From Candidatus Bathyarchaeia archaeon (GTDB lineage Archaea > Thermoproteota > CALKCG01 > B24), in contig JAVZJD010000002.1 of NCBI GenBank assembly GCA_038870975.1, positions 320,001 through 384,000 of the forward strand: a stretch of DNA of 64,000 bases. The letters are read 5' to 3'. Below are positions 1 through 9,646 of this stretch, in pieces; the stretch's first letter is position 1; each line of letters begins with the position of its first letter. Under the pieces are notes generated by a model. The model made no database searches. It saw nothing but the letters and a program-made list of their open reading frames with translations, and had not been told where the DNA came from. The position numbers were made by a program, and so were the translations under genes.

Positions 1-2
1 TC

Positions 3-2807
3 GTCACTTTAAGCGGTTATGTTCAAGAGTATAACTTGACGAAAGGATGGTATCAGAAAGTCTCCAATGCACTCGTACAACTACCCTTCTGGCCTACATT
101 AATAGTTGAAAAAACAGATGAAAACGGATATTTTCAAGTTAAAGGCCTCAGGGCAGGAGCATACTACTGGTTTAACGGTTTCATAGTCGACCAATATGGA
201 CACGTAATAGGCACAAACGAATATGGAGGCTTTGCCCCCCCACTGCCTAATCTTTTCGGAATAACACTGTACAGACCAGATGCGTTTGTAAATATCAAGG
301 TGTTCCGATGTGGAAGTATACATATATCCTACGTAGTAGACCCGAGAACCTTTTACACACCCTACGGTTCATACACTGTGTTAAACAATTTCAAAACCCA
401 CGTGACTTTAATCACCTATGGTCCCGTCTACACAGACGGATATGACTTTCAGATATTCATACCTCCAGATACTCCCGTGGAGGTATTCCTAAGGACAGGA
501 GGAACTCAAGAAAATTACGCAATTTTACTTAACATAACAGAGTCCAATAAAGATGGTACAGGATACGTAGTTAAACCCGGAGAGACCCTAAGAATAAGAA
601 ACCTAGTTTTAGAGGCTCCCAGAAGCTTCTACATTTTAAACGAAGAAAGACTGAAAACCCTCCACAGCTTCAACGCCTTCAGCATAAGACCTGAAGAATA
701 CCACAGGCAAGCCCAAGTCTTGTTGCAAGAAGCCTATGACGCGTTTAAGAGTATGCGTTATAGTGAAGGCTACTATAAAGCTATACATGCCTGGTGTTTA
801 GAAGCCCATGCTTACAGCGCCATAAAAGACTTCATTATAGACCTAGCCTATAATTCATCCCTAACATACATTTTTACGCTACCTCTGATTATAATGGTAA
901 CAATGGGGCTTTTAAAGGGGAAAAGCGGAGGGTTGAAGATTTTAACATTCCAATTGATACTCTCGTTATTCTTCATGATGCTCCTATACTTATACAGCCC
1001 TGGTTTCAACGTCGCAACAAACATCTATGTGATGCTGGGCTCCCTTTTCATAGTCACTCTGATAGTTCTTGTCTTAATAGTTCTATGGAGGGAGTTTCTG
1101 ACAACGTTAAACTTTATCAGGAGAAAGTTCATGAGAATCCCCCATGAGGAAAGCGACGCTAGATTAGGTGTTAAAGAGCTAGCGTTTAGAATAAAAAGGT
1201 TTCTTGAAGAAGATAAGGCCAGGTTTTTAACGATAATTATTATCTCCTCTCTAGCTACATGCACTTTCCTACTAACGTCATTCTGCTCAAGTTGTACTTA
1301 CGTTTTTGAAACGCCTGTGAGTTTTAAAGCTGAAGAGTGTAGAATTCTTCTTAGAAAATGGCCTTGGGATGCATTTGCCGAAAGACATGTAGATCTTTTA
1401 CGCATAGAGTTTGCAGATAATGCATTAATTTCTTGCAGAGTGTGGATGTATCCCTCCTATCAAGAACTTAGGATGGATGGAAATTGTACGGTCAAAGGGT
1501 TTCTAGGACTGTCTTATGAAGAGTTTCTAGTGACGCAGATAAACGGCACTATTGAGCAGGGTGGATGGTTTGAAAGAAACGACCTATTTGCATGCATAGT
1601 AAGCGATGAAATTGCAAAGGCTTTAAACGTTAAACCTGGTGATAGAATTGAAATCTGGGGAATCCCTCTAAAGCTCAGAGGGATATTCAACAGCTCAAAA
1701 ATGGATTCTTTAAGGGATTTAGATGGGGAACCTATAACGCCTAAAGACCTATTTGCTCCATATGGTGAAGAGAGAGCAGTACATCTACCAGCTTCCTCAG
1801 TCGTTATAGTTCCCTATGAGCTGGCTATGAAGATGGGTGGTACCATATATAGTGTAACGATAAAACCCTATGATTTAGACCTCATACACCACATCGCAAG
1901 GTCTCTAGCTTACAGATCTCTTGGAGTTTATGTGTATGCTTCCAGTTCGGAATATGTAAAGCTTTACTGGTCAAGGATGGGTTATAGAATTATATTCCTA
2001 GATGAGTCTTTAACCGTCTTTCTGAGTTTAAGCTTCATAGTGGTAGGGTTCTACACAAGCTATAGAGTAAGATCTCGATACGTAGATGTGAGGGCGAGAA
2101 CAATACTGATTAAAGCAGTTTTACTCGGGCTTACAGCATATCCAGTAGGTCTATTCTTCGGACAATTATTATCCATATTTTTCTACAGAATTGGGATTCT
2201 ACCTGGGGATGTAAAGCCTAACTTTTCCACCTTTTCACTACTAGTTGCTCTACTTCCAGCAATAGCAACTTCTCTCTCATTTTACGGAAGTTCCTTCCTC
2301 TCTTTCGTGGAGAAGGCATTGTTGGAAACGTTGAGGATGAGGGAAGTTTTGAGACATGGTAGAGAATACCGATTAAGCAAAAAGGTCCTAAGTGGTTTAG
2401 AAGAGAGGAGTGTTTTAGGAATCATGGCTTTCATAGGTGAGCAGTTCAAATTATACATGGAAGAGCGCTATGAAGGCTTTCAAACTTTAGATATAGGTTT
2501 CTTTAGCGTAGAAAATTTAAAGAGGCTTAAACTGGTTGTGCAGATGGCTCCATGGGAGTTTGGCATAATCTCAAACACAACGCTTGAAGCGATCAAAGGT
2601 GAAAATGAACTGTACGATTTAGTAATATCTGTAAGGTGTAGGGGCGGTCTTGAGGATAGACATTTAGGAGGAATTTTTAATAAAATCTTAACCATGTTGA
2701 ATCAATGGAGCCGTTTGGATAAGTCTTCACAGAAATACTACATTGAAAATGCTTTGACGATTTTAGGAGAGCATGTTATGAGGAGGGATCTGCATGAGAG
2801 GCTTTAG
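3..2807 (+). CDS. Large FtsX/MacB-like membrane protein, 5'-truncated by the window edge
   Basis: Frame is open from position 3. It has an extracytoplasmic N-region, a TM cluster, a MacB-like periplasmic segment (GGWFERNDLFACIVSDEIAKALNVKPGDRIEIWG; DLDGEPITP), further TMs and C-terminal MAPWEFGI. Overlaps the OPT-like gene. Confidence 0.7.
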   Translation, partial: VTLSGYVQEYNLTKGWYQKVSNALVQLPFWPTLIVEKTDENGYFQVKGLRAGAYYWFNGFIVDQYGHVIGTNEYGGFAPPLPNLFGITLYRPDAFVNIKVFRCGSIHISYVVDPRTFYTPYGSYTVLNNFKTHVTLITYGPVYTDGYDFQIFIPPDTPVEVFLRTGGTQENYAILLNITESNKDGTGYVVKPGETLRIRNLVLEAPRSFYILNEERLKTLHSFNAFSIRPEEYHRQAQVLLQEAYDAFKSMRYSEGYYKAIHAWCLEAHAYSAIKDFIIDLAYNSSLTYIFTLPLIIMVTMGLLKGKSGGLKILTFQLILSLFFMMLLYLYSPGFNVATNIYVMLGSLFIVTLIVLVLIVLWREFLTTLNFIRRKFMRIPHEESDARLGVKELAFRIKRFLEEDKARFLTIIIISSLATCTFLLTSFCSSCTYVFETPVSFKAEECRILLRKWPWDAFAERHVDLLRIEFADNALISCRVWMYPSYQELRMDGNCTVKGFLGLSYEEFLVTQINGTIEQGGWFERNDLFACIVSDEIAKALNVKPGDRIEIWGIPLKLRGIFNSSKMDSLRDLDGEPITPKDLFAPYGEERAVHLPASSVVIVPYELAMKMGGTIYSVTIKPYDLDLIHHIARSLAYRSLGVYVYASSSEYVKLYWSRMGYRIIFLDESLTVFLSLSFIVVGFYTSYRVRSRYVDVRARTILIKAVLLGLTAYPVGLFFGQLLSIFFYRIGILPGDVKPNFSTFSLLVALLPAIATSLSFYGSSFLSFVEKALLETLRMREVLRHGREYRLSKKVLSGLEERSVLGIMAFIGEQFKLYMEERYEGFQTLDIGFFSVENLKRLKLVVQMAPWEFGIISNTTLEAIKGENELYDLVISVRCRGGLEDRHLGGIFNKILTMLNQWSRLDKSSQKYYIENALTILGEHVMRRDLHERL

Positions 2808-4695
2808 AGGCCTCAGCCCTAGAGTATTGGTTATAATGCTTTTCACAGCCTTTGTAGTAGAGCCGATCGTAATATATAACTACCTCATAGGCGGTGCCTT
2901 TGGAGGCTTAGAGGCTTGGATTATAACGATACTTCTCGTTGAGATAACAAGTATAACTGGGAATGTTTTGACTATGCAAGAGGCGTTTATGATAAATACA
3001 GTTGTTGGGTTGATATTAGCTAGGTCTCTATTGTTTCCAACGACGCTCCTTTATGATATGTTCTATGCCTTTCACCAGGTGACGAGGGATTTCGGATATG
3101 CTAGTCAATTGCCTTACTGGTTTACAGTGCCTCCTGAATCCCTAGTTGCGAAGGGTCTTCTTAGGACATTTTTCACGATTGAATGGGCTATTCCATTAAC
3201 GGTACTGCTAACACAGATCACAATAAACTTGGTAATGGCATTATCTATGGGGATTATATGCTATGAGATATACGTGGTTGTCGAAAAATTGGAGTTCCCA
3301 CTTCAAGCAGCGGCAGCTGAAGGTATAATTACGGTTACAGGAGGAGACCCAGAGAGAAGTAGAGTTTTTGCAATATCGGCTTTCATAGGAGGGATATATG
3401 CGCTTTTAAGCTGGTTCATTCCCGTGGTCGTAAACTGGCAGATTCCATCTCTAGTCTACATATTTGACTGGGAGTTTACAAATTTAATAGAATATTGGCG
3501 TAATATACCCATTCTTCCGGGTGCGTCGCTCGCCATAAACGTAAACCTTTTAACTTTTGCATCTGGGCTTGTAATTCCTCTAGATGTATGTATCTGGATG
3601 TTTATAGGCTCTCAAATCCTATACTTCATAGGGAATGCTCTCCTAGTTAGATGGAACCTCTGGACTCAGGTTGAGGTTGGAGCATGGTACCAAGGAGCAG
3701 GAGTATACTATAACGTTAGATGGTCTCAGTTCAACTATTGGGCTGCTTTAGGCTTAGGTTTTGCATTGGCAGGTTCCATTATTCCAATCATAATGCGGCC
3801 TAGTGGAATAGCTAAGGCATTTAAATCCTTGTATAGGCTGGTTGAGTCTGAACGAACTGGAGATATCGTACCCTTATGGCTAGTCTTAACGATGTTTATT
3901 TCAGCATCTATAACCTACGTTGTTCTACTTGTATTTCTTCTTCCAAAAATCACTTACGGACAGTTACTGCTCTTAGCATTGACATTCATAGGTGGGAGCT
4001 TTTTCATAACACTTATATCTGCTACTACGACTGGTGTAACAAGTTATGGATTTAACATCCCATATTTAAGGGAGGGCATCATCTTAACTACTAGATACCC
4101 AGGACTTGAAATATGGTTTTCACCTGTTGGAATAAATATTGACGGTGCAGGCATAGCCGCCTCCATGAAGACAGCTACGATGACTGGTGTAAAATTAAAA
4201 GAGTTTTTAACGGCATATCTTATCTCCATTATTCTAGGACTTCTATCTAGTCTTATATTCACACAGGTGTTCTGGAGTTTAAATCCAATACCCTCATGGG
4301 CCTACCCAAATACAGCCTATGGATGGCACTTCTCAGTCTACGACCGAAACTTAAATCTTAAATGGTTTATGTCGGGTCAAATACTTAAACCGCCTCTAAT
4401 TCTCGGCGGCTTCATAGCCGGAGCCGGACTTTACTTGTTATTCAACTTTTTGGGTGTTACAAACTGGTTTTTTGCGATGCTCTCAGGCTTTGTTACGTAT
4501 CCCAATGTAGCATTATCAATTATGCTGAGCGCTTTCATCAGCAGGTATGTTTTTGCTAGAATTTTTGGATTAGAAACTTGGAGAAAATATGCGCCAAATG
4601 TGACAGTAGGATTATCGGCGGGATGGGGAATTGTAACTACACTAGGTGGAATAATAAATCTGATTTCAAGAAGCGCATGGATATTGCCATATTAG
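2794..4695 (+). CDS. OPT/YSL-superfamily-like multi-TM transporter
   Basis: 633 aa, highly hydrophobic; EKLEFP motif and FWSLNPIPSWAYP segment. Confidence 0.65.
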   Translation: MRGFRGLSPRVLVIMLFTAFVVEPIVIYNYLIGGAFGGLEAWIITILLVEITSITGNVLTMQEAFMINTVVGLILARSLLFPTTLLYDMFYAFHQVTRDFGYASQLPYWFTVPPESLVAKGLLRTFFTIEWAIPLTVLLTQITINLVMALSMGIICYEIYVVVEKLEFPLQAAAAEGIITVTGGDPERSRVFAISAFIGGIYALLSWFIPVVVNWQIPSLVYIFDWEFTNLIEYWRNIPILPGASLAINVNLLTFASGLVIPLDVCIWMFIGSQILYFIGNALLVRWNLWTQVEVGAWYQGAGVYYNVRWSQFNYWAALGLGFALAGSIIPIIMRPSGIAKAFKSLYRLVESERTGDIVPLWLVLTMFISASITYVVLLVFLLPKITYGQLLLLALTFIGGSFFITLISATTTGVTSYGFNIPYLREGIILTTRYPGLEIWFSPVGINIDGAGIAASMKTATMTGVKLKEFLTAYLISIILGLLSSLIFTQVFWSLNPIPSWAYPNTAYGWHFSVYDRNLNLKWFMSGQILKPPLILGGFIAGAGLYLLFNFLGVTNWFFAMLSGFVTYPNVALSIMLSAFISRYVFARIFGLETWRKYAPNVTVGLSAGWGIVTTLGGIINLISRSAWILPY

Positions 4696-4704
4696 GAGGA
4701 GGAG

Positions 4705-6639
4705 ATGTTGAAGAAAGGAGGTATTCAATTAAATACGCCGAGAATACTGTTAGCACTAACGCTAACGGCTTTTTGGAGTGTCTTTGGAGCTATTTTAACA
4801 ATAGTATTAGGAAGCTCACATGGATATACTTCTTACGATGGATTTGCTCTATCCACTACTACCACTCTACTAGCATTACATGCTGTAGGCTTATATAAGA
4901 AGGAACCTATTAGTGTTGAAACATACGCTTCGGTTTTGATAGCCCTCTCCTCCTCCACAATTGTATGTAGTTTCTGGAGTTTTAGTAGCACCTTCATAAG
5001 AAGCTTCTATATTAGGGTCATGGAGCCGTATAGAACGCTCTTTGGAATACATATGCCATACTTCTGGGCTCCAGAGACAGAAACTATAAACTATATACTT
5101 CTTGGGGGGAAAGAATTTCCGGTTTTAGAATTAACTCCCTCCATAATCTTCTGGATTTGTCTAACAGTTTTCTCCTACATATTCTTCATAGGATCTGCTT
5201 TAATATTTAGAGATGCTTTCTTAGAGGTCGAAAAACTCCCATTCCCCCATACTCAAGTTTACTTAGAATTAACTCCGTACTCTTCCATGCGGCGATTTTC
5301 GAAGGGAACATTTAAGGCAGGGCTAATATTCGTATTAATCCTTCAAGTACCCTATATAATTAGGCAGGCTATACCATGGTTTCCAGTTGTACCAATAAAT
5401 TGGGGGCAGGTTTTCCCATTTACTGTAGACTTCTCTGAGGTTAAAGAGGTCAGAGAAATATATTTACCCAATTCCGTTTTAACGTTCGGATATAATCCAT
5501 GGCATATAGCTCTGGCTTATCTAGCACCTATGGATACGACTCTATCGGTATGGCTTTCATTTTTACTTCTCCAAGTGATCTACCCCGCTCTAGCCACATG
5601 GATGGGAATAATACCTATGAATACTTCTAGGGTTACTTTTCAATCTGCTAGAAACTGGCGTTGGATTAACCTTATGTACGGACCACTTAAACCCTATATA
5701 ACTATAGGATTAGGTGGGCTTATAGGTATAGGTGTTTGGCCTATAATACTCGACTTAGCATTTAGAGGGGGACGAAGAGTTTTCTTTGAAAGAACTGGAG
5801 TGATTTCGATATTACTAGGCTTAGCTGGCTTATCATACCTAGCTTATTTGAACAATTCCCCTATACCTCAGACACTAGTTGGGTTTTTAATTCTACTGAG
5901 TATTGCTTTAGGCTTAATAAGAATCCGGGGCGAGGCGGGGCTTTTAATACCACCCATTTCAAAGCCTCTAAATACCGCGTTCTGGTATAGGCTTTATACT
6001 TGGAAAACCATGGACTCAACCTACTTTGCATACTTGCACACTTTTGGGGGAATTTATAGCTCTGAAGCTGGAATTAGCTTTATGTCAATACCATCTCTAT
6101 CGATGGAGACACTTAAGACAATGAAGAGTTGGAAGATAGAAGATATGGGTGGGTTTTACATTCTCTCTCTAGCGTCGATAATAGTAGCGTCCTCTGTATA
6201 CTTTCTATGCTCACTAGAGCTCTTCAATGCATACGGAGTTTCCGCATTCCCAGGGTCGAAAAGACTATTCTATGAAACGGTAAAAGATGAATCAGACTTC
6301 CTTATAACAGCTGTTTCAACGTACCCACCTTGGCCCTGGTGGCAAAACATAGTATCTGGCTTATTAGGCGTAGGCATAATAATGATATTGGGATTTACAT
6401 TTCCATGGTTTCCCATAACACCAGAGGGGTTGGTAATATCATCTACGGAGGTTGCAATGCAAGGATTCTGGAGTAGCTGTTTAATAGCTTGGATTCTGAA
6501 GAAACTGACTTTCGCTGTAGGAGGGGCCTATCTTTACGAGCGCGATGGAAAATCTATGGCTATAGGGATAATACTTGGCTACATTTTAACAACGGTATTA
6601 AGTATACTGGTATCTTTAATCTTAGTAGTCTACCATTAA
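4705..6639 (+). CDS. DUF6785/DUF6784-like (OPT-related) multi-TM protein
   Basis: 644 aa, hydrophobic; EVEKLPFP, IRIRGEAG, FPWFPITPEG and IAWILKKL...GG..LY motifs; RBS GGAGGAGG. Confidence 0.65.
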   Translation: MLKKGGIQLNTPRILLALTLTAFWSVFGAILTIVLGSSHGYTSYDGFALSTTTTLLALHAVGLYKKEPISVETYASVLIALSSSTIVCSFWSFSSTFIRSFYIRVMEPYRTLFGIHMPYFWAPETETINYILLGGKEFPVLELTPSIIFWICLTVFSYIFFIGSALIFRDAFLEVEKLPFPHTQVYLELTPYSSMRRFSKGTFKAGLIFVLILQVPYIIRQAIPWFPVVPINWGQVFPFTVDFSEVKEVREIYLPNSVLTFGYNPWHIALAYLAPMDTTLSVWLSFLLLQVIYPALATWMGIIPMNTSRVTFQSARNWRWINLMYGPLKPYITIGLGGLIGIGVWPIILDLAFRGGRRVFFERTGVISILLGLAGLSYLAYLNNSPIPQTLVGFLILLSIALGLIRIRGEAGLLIPPISKPLNTAFWYRLYTWKTMDSTYFAYLHTFGGIYSSEAGISFMSIPSLSMETLKTMKSWKIEDMGGFYILSLASIIVASSVYFLCSLELFNAYGVSAFPGSKRLFYETVKDESDFLITAVSTYPPWPWWQNIVSGLLGVGIIMILGFTFPWFPITPEGLVISSTEVAMQGFWSSCLIAWILKKLTFAVGGAYLYERDGKSMAIGIILGYILTTVLSILVSLILVVYH

Positions 6640-6808
6640 CCTCTTACTGCTCTCAAAAATAGGGGAATCGTCAATCGCCTATAGCTCGATTGAATATAAT
6701 TTCTGTACCTTCCATTTAAGCCATAAATATATAATCAACGTCTTTTCAAAATCAGTATGAAGATTGGGACTTTAAAGTTTTATCTAAGCTCTAAGTAGAG
6801 TTAATGGG

Positions 6809-7099
6809 ATGTCAAAAGTCGAAGGGACCTTGGTGAAACCCGAACAATTAAAAAAGATTTTTGAAGGAATTGTATTAATGGTAATTTCTACTTTGGCAGT
6901 CATATCAGCCGTAGCTTCATATGCGTCCACCACTGAAGAGAATTTTACATCGATATTTACTTATTCTCTACTATCGTCAATAGGGTTAACAGTTGTACTT
7001 CTATTTCTGAATAAAAATAGGTTAAAAGAACTATTAGATTTAAGAAAAACTGTTCTAAAAACAATATTATGGATTAAGAGAATCTTTAGAATAATTTAG
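6809..7099 (+). CDS. Small two-TM hypothetical membrane protein
   Basis: 96-aa ORF with two hydrophobic stretches. Confidence 0.55.
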   Translation: MSKVEGTLVKPEQLKKIFEGIVLMVISTLAVISAVASYASTTEENFTSIFTYSLLSSIGLTVVLLFLNKNRLKELLDLRKTVLKTILWIKRIFRII

Positions 7100-7192
7100 T
7101 AGAAGACGATGCTTTTTTAATTCTATTCAGATTAGAACGACCGAGACTAGGCTCTATAAACATACGATAGCTTACACTTTCAAGTGAAACAA

Positions 7193-7560
7193 TCATGGAA
7201 TTATCTCCGTGTTTAAATTCAGCCAACATCTATCCTTGCACTTTTTAAACCCGATCTTTACGTATACGTGTTTTGCAGGAGCATTATCGCACGGAGTCCC
7301 AAACCTACGTATTTTACATTTTTTTCATATTTAAGAGTCTCTTCTACGGCCTTTAAGACCTATGAAGCGGCGAAACCCATACCTCTGTACTTCTGACTTG
7401 TGAATACTTTTCCAATCCAGCACACCTCAGGTATATGAAACAGTAGTTTCTCCAGTTGAACCACTGAAACAAGCCGCCCATCCATGAAAGATTCCACTGG
7501 TAATATTGTTAAGTGCGTAAGCTTCGAAGTCTTATCGAGTCCTCCATCGTCAGGATAGAT
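7193..7560 (-). pseudogene. GNAT acetyltransferase pseudogene
   Basis: Motif A (WIGKVFTSQKYRGMGFA) is followed by an in-frame TAG at 7360-7362. After a frameshift comes motif B (DNAPAKHVYVKIGFKK), ending at TGA 7193-7195. The 5' limit is approximate. Confidence 0.7.
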
Positions 7561-7576
7561 TAAAGTCTGCAAATGA

Positions 7577-7815
7577 TTGCTCTGCATTCGTAAGGCAGAA
7601 GTTAAGGATGCCTTAGAAGTTTTATCTATCTATTATAATATCGAAGCAATACTGATGCTTATCGTAAAATCATTCCAGCAGAATACTTTAAAGAGAGTGA
7701 GGAAATGCAATTTTATGTTTACGATTTGGAAGGCACTATTTTGGGTGTTGCTGCTCCGTAGGTTGAGAAAGGTCATGCTAACGTTCGTTGTGTCTACGTT
7801 CTACTGGAGAGTTTT
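7577..7815 (+). pseudogene. Second GNAT acetyltransferase pseudogene, truncated
   Basis: IRKAEVKDALEVLSI, then in a shifted frame AYRKIIPAEYFKESEEMQFYVYDLEGTILGVAAP*VEKGHANVRCVYVL. Similarity stops where the PaREP1 3' end lies. Confidence 0.6.
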
Positions 7816-8279
7816 TCGCCGAGGGATGAGACCAGCTTATTCACTTCTTCCAGCGCATCTTTAACGTCTTCTTTTGTTGCAAGGTTCTCGTAGAAATTTT
7901 TATGCATTGAGTCTGCCTTCATGAAGGCTGTTCTAACCCATTCGCCAAGCTCCTTTACAACTTCATTCTTATATGTCCAGAGGTCTGCGTGGCTCTCAAT
8001 CTTTCTGCCTCCCTTGTAGAGAGCGTGGGCCTTTATTGCTAGGGCACATGCACCCCAAATCTTCTCTGAGGCTTGTTTAAGATCCTCCCTCTCAAACTCT
8101 AAGCGAGCCTGATGAATTAAGTCTGCTGCACCCTCAATATATTTTCTGAAGGATACTGAAGGATCTAAGTCGCCGACGGCTATTTCAAGTATATACTCGC
8201 ATAAACTTATCCCCCTCTCTTCAGCTTTCCTTCTTAGCTCCTTAAGCGCAACTTCAGGCACAAATACTTGGATACTCAT
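7794..8279 (-). CDS. PaREP1-family (HEPN-like) protein with N-terminal RHH-like domain
   Basis: DLKQASEKIWGACALAIKA ... ELGEWVRTAFMKADSMHKNFYE is the PaREP1 signature; N-terminus VPEVALKELRRKAEERGISLCEYI. Confidence 0.85.
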   Translation of the reverse strand: MSIQVFVPEVALKELRRKAEERGISLCEYILEIAVGDLDPSVSFRKYIEGAADLIHQARLEFEREDLKQASEKIWGACALAIKAHALYKGGRKIESHADLWTYKNEVVKELGEWVRTAFMKADSMHKNFYENLATKEDVKDALEEVNKLVSSLGEKLSSRT

Positions 8280-8928
8280 AATATTTCATCCACCTTAAAC
8301 TAATATGAATAATCCATTAATAAAGTTGTCTTTCGCCTCTCAAGTATAAAGTAATTAACAAGGCCATTAGAAGCAGTTAAATCAATCCTAGTTTGCACTA
8401 TTTGGTAAACTTTTACATGGTTGAATATTCAGAAACGTACAACTGAAATGATTAATGATAGGGCTATTTACGTTTATTTGCCGTCGCTTGAGATGAGTGA
8501 TGATTAGAAGGCGATGAGAGAGGAAAATACCGATAGATATCTTCCTTGAGGGAGAGCTGCTTGATGAGCCTGAGGAACTCGAAAGGTACGGAAAGCGCTT
8601 GTACAGCTCTATAAGAGGGGCTTCACGGTCAAGTTCATGGAGGCTTAGACTCAGCGTAGGAGGATGCCCTCCAGCAACCTTAAACGAAGCATTGTTGGGG
8701 CATTTCACGAACTGGACGTAGTACATCTCAAAACTTTGAAGTCAGGTAAAGAGAAAAGCGTTTTCAACTTTACATCTACTCTAGGGCTTTAGACGCACAA
8801 GCATGCCAATGAATTGTAAAACGCTCGAATCTAAACTGCGTCTTCTACCCATAAGCTTCAAAGAAGGGATGAAAGGTAAAATATGCTGAACTTAAATTTC
8901 TGTTAACGTCGTCAGAAATAGAGTGGAG

Positions 8929-9216
8929 TTACATTCCATGCATGAGCAGGTACAATAAGTTATATGTCAATGTCAGGTCGTTTTTGGCGCCTTCCACGCT
9001 TTTAGCACCAACACTTATCATCTCGCCAGAACCGAACAACGTAGCCCTACCCTTCATACCTTCGATTTTCACGTAAGCACACTTGTACTTGGGATATCTT
9101 CTATTGAGCTTAACGCATTCTGGGAAATCGCGGGCTAGACGTTTAAGGTCTATTTTAAACGATAAGCTACACGTAGCCACGACGCTCACTATTTTGACGT
9201 CTACTATGTTCGCTAT
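8929..9216 (-). CDS. Single-repeat TATA-binding-protein-like ORF (start uncertain; may be a remnant)
   Basis: VKIVSVVATCSLSFKIDLKRLA...RATLFGSGEMISVGAKSVEGA matches one TBP repeat. The frame is open up to 9216; the first GTG is at 9189. Confidence 0.7.
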   Translation of the reverse strand: MANIVDVKIVSVVATCSLSFKIDLKRLARDFPECVKLNRRYPKYKCAYVKIEGMKGRATLFGSGEMISVGAKSVEGAKNDLTLTYNLLYLLMHGM

Positions 9217-9324
9217 TCACAGATGCTCCCCTTGGCCTTAAATTTAAACGTTAAATCGAACTTTGCGTTATAGTAGACTTTAAGTATTCAACTCTCATCA
9301 GTATGTCTATAGTCCTAGAAGAGA

Positions 9325-9505
9325 CTAGGGTAGACAGGTCCTACAACCTTCGAGCATTTCCTCGGCAGAAGACCAGTACCGTTTCCCTTAACTCACTCAA
9401 GGTACTTGAGAAAATAGTAAACATAGTTCTTAGCGGTCTTAGGGTTTAGGTCTGAAGCCACTTTCTGACATAATCTTCACCATCTCCAAGCTCTCTCAAC
9501 TTCTG
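9325..9505 (-). pseudogene. Possible tyrosine-integrase N-terminal (SAM-like) remnant
   Basis: Across frameshifts it reads EDYVRKWLQ/LNPKTAKNYVYYFLKYLE*VK/YWSSAEEML and begins about 70 nt beyond the tRNA 3' end. Resemblance judged by eye only. Confidence 0.35.
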
Positions 9506-9572
9506 TAAGGCAAATCAAGCACCGAGAAAAGGAAAACAAGCCTTATTCAAATTCGTCTAACCCGTGGTATAG

Positions 9573-9646
9573 CGGGCCCGGGGGGAATCGAACCCCCGAC
9601 CAACAGGTTAAGAGCCTGCCGCTCTACCGTTCTGAGCTACGGGCCC
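9573..9646 (-). tRNA. tRNA-Lys(CTT), intronless, CCA not encoded
   Basis: GGGCCCGTAGCTCAGAACGGTAGAGCGGCAGGCT-CTT-AACCTGTTGGTCGGGGGTTCGATTCCCCCCGGGCCCG: 7-bp acceptor stem, GTTCGA T-loop, anticodon CTT. Confidence 0.97.

Larger units (their letters stand above)
7150..9572. mobile_element. Decayed genomic island next to tRNA-Lys
   Basis: Low coding density, several pseudogenes, PaREP1, a TBP-like ORF and an integrase-like remnant at the tRNA 3' end. No clear att repeat; boundaries approximate. Confidence 0.45.

Noticed and set aside
6662-6670. GGGGAATCG matching the tRNA-Lys T-arm, as a possible att site
   Set aside because: Only 9 nt and it excludes the acceptor-stem end; expected by chance.
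7360-7362. In-frame TAG in the GNAT relics as pyrrolysine readthrough
   Set aside because: Both relics also have frameshifts, no pyl genes are in the window, and TAG ends many normal genes here.
8388-8726. 112-aa minus-strand ORF and + strand fragments near 8500-8790
   Set aside because: No recognisable motifs; probably debris or a shadow frame within the island.
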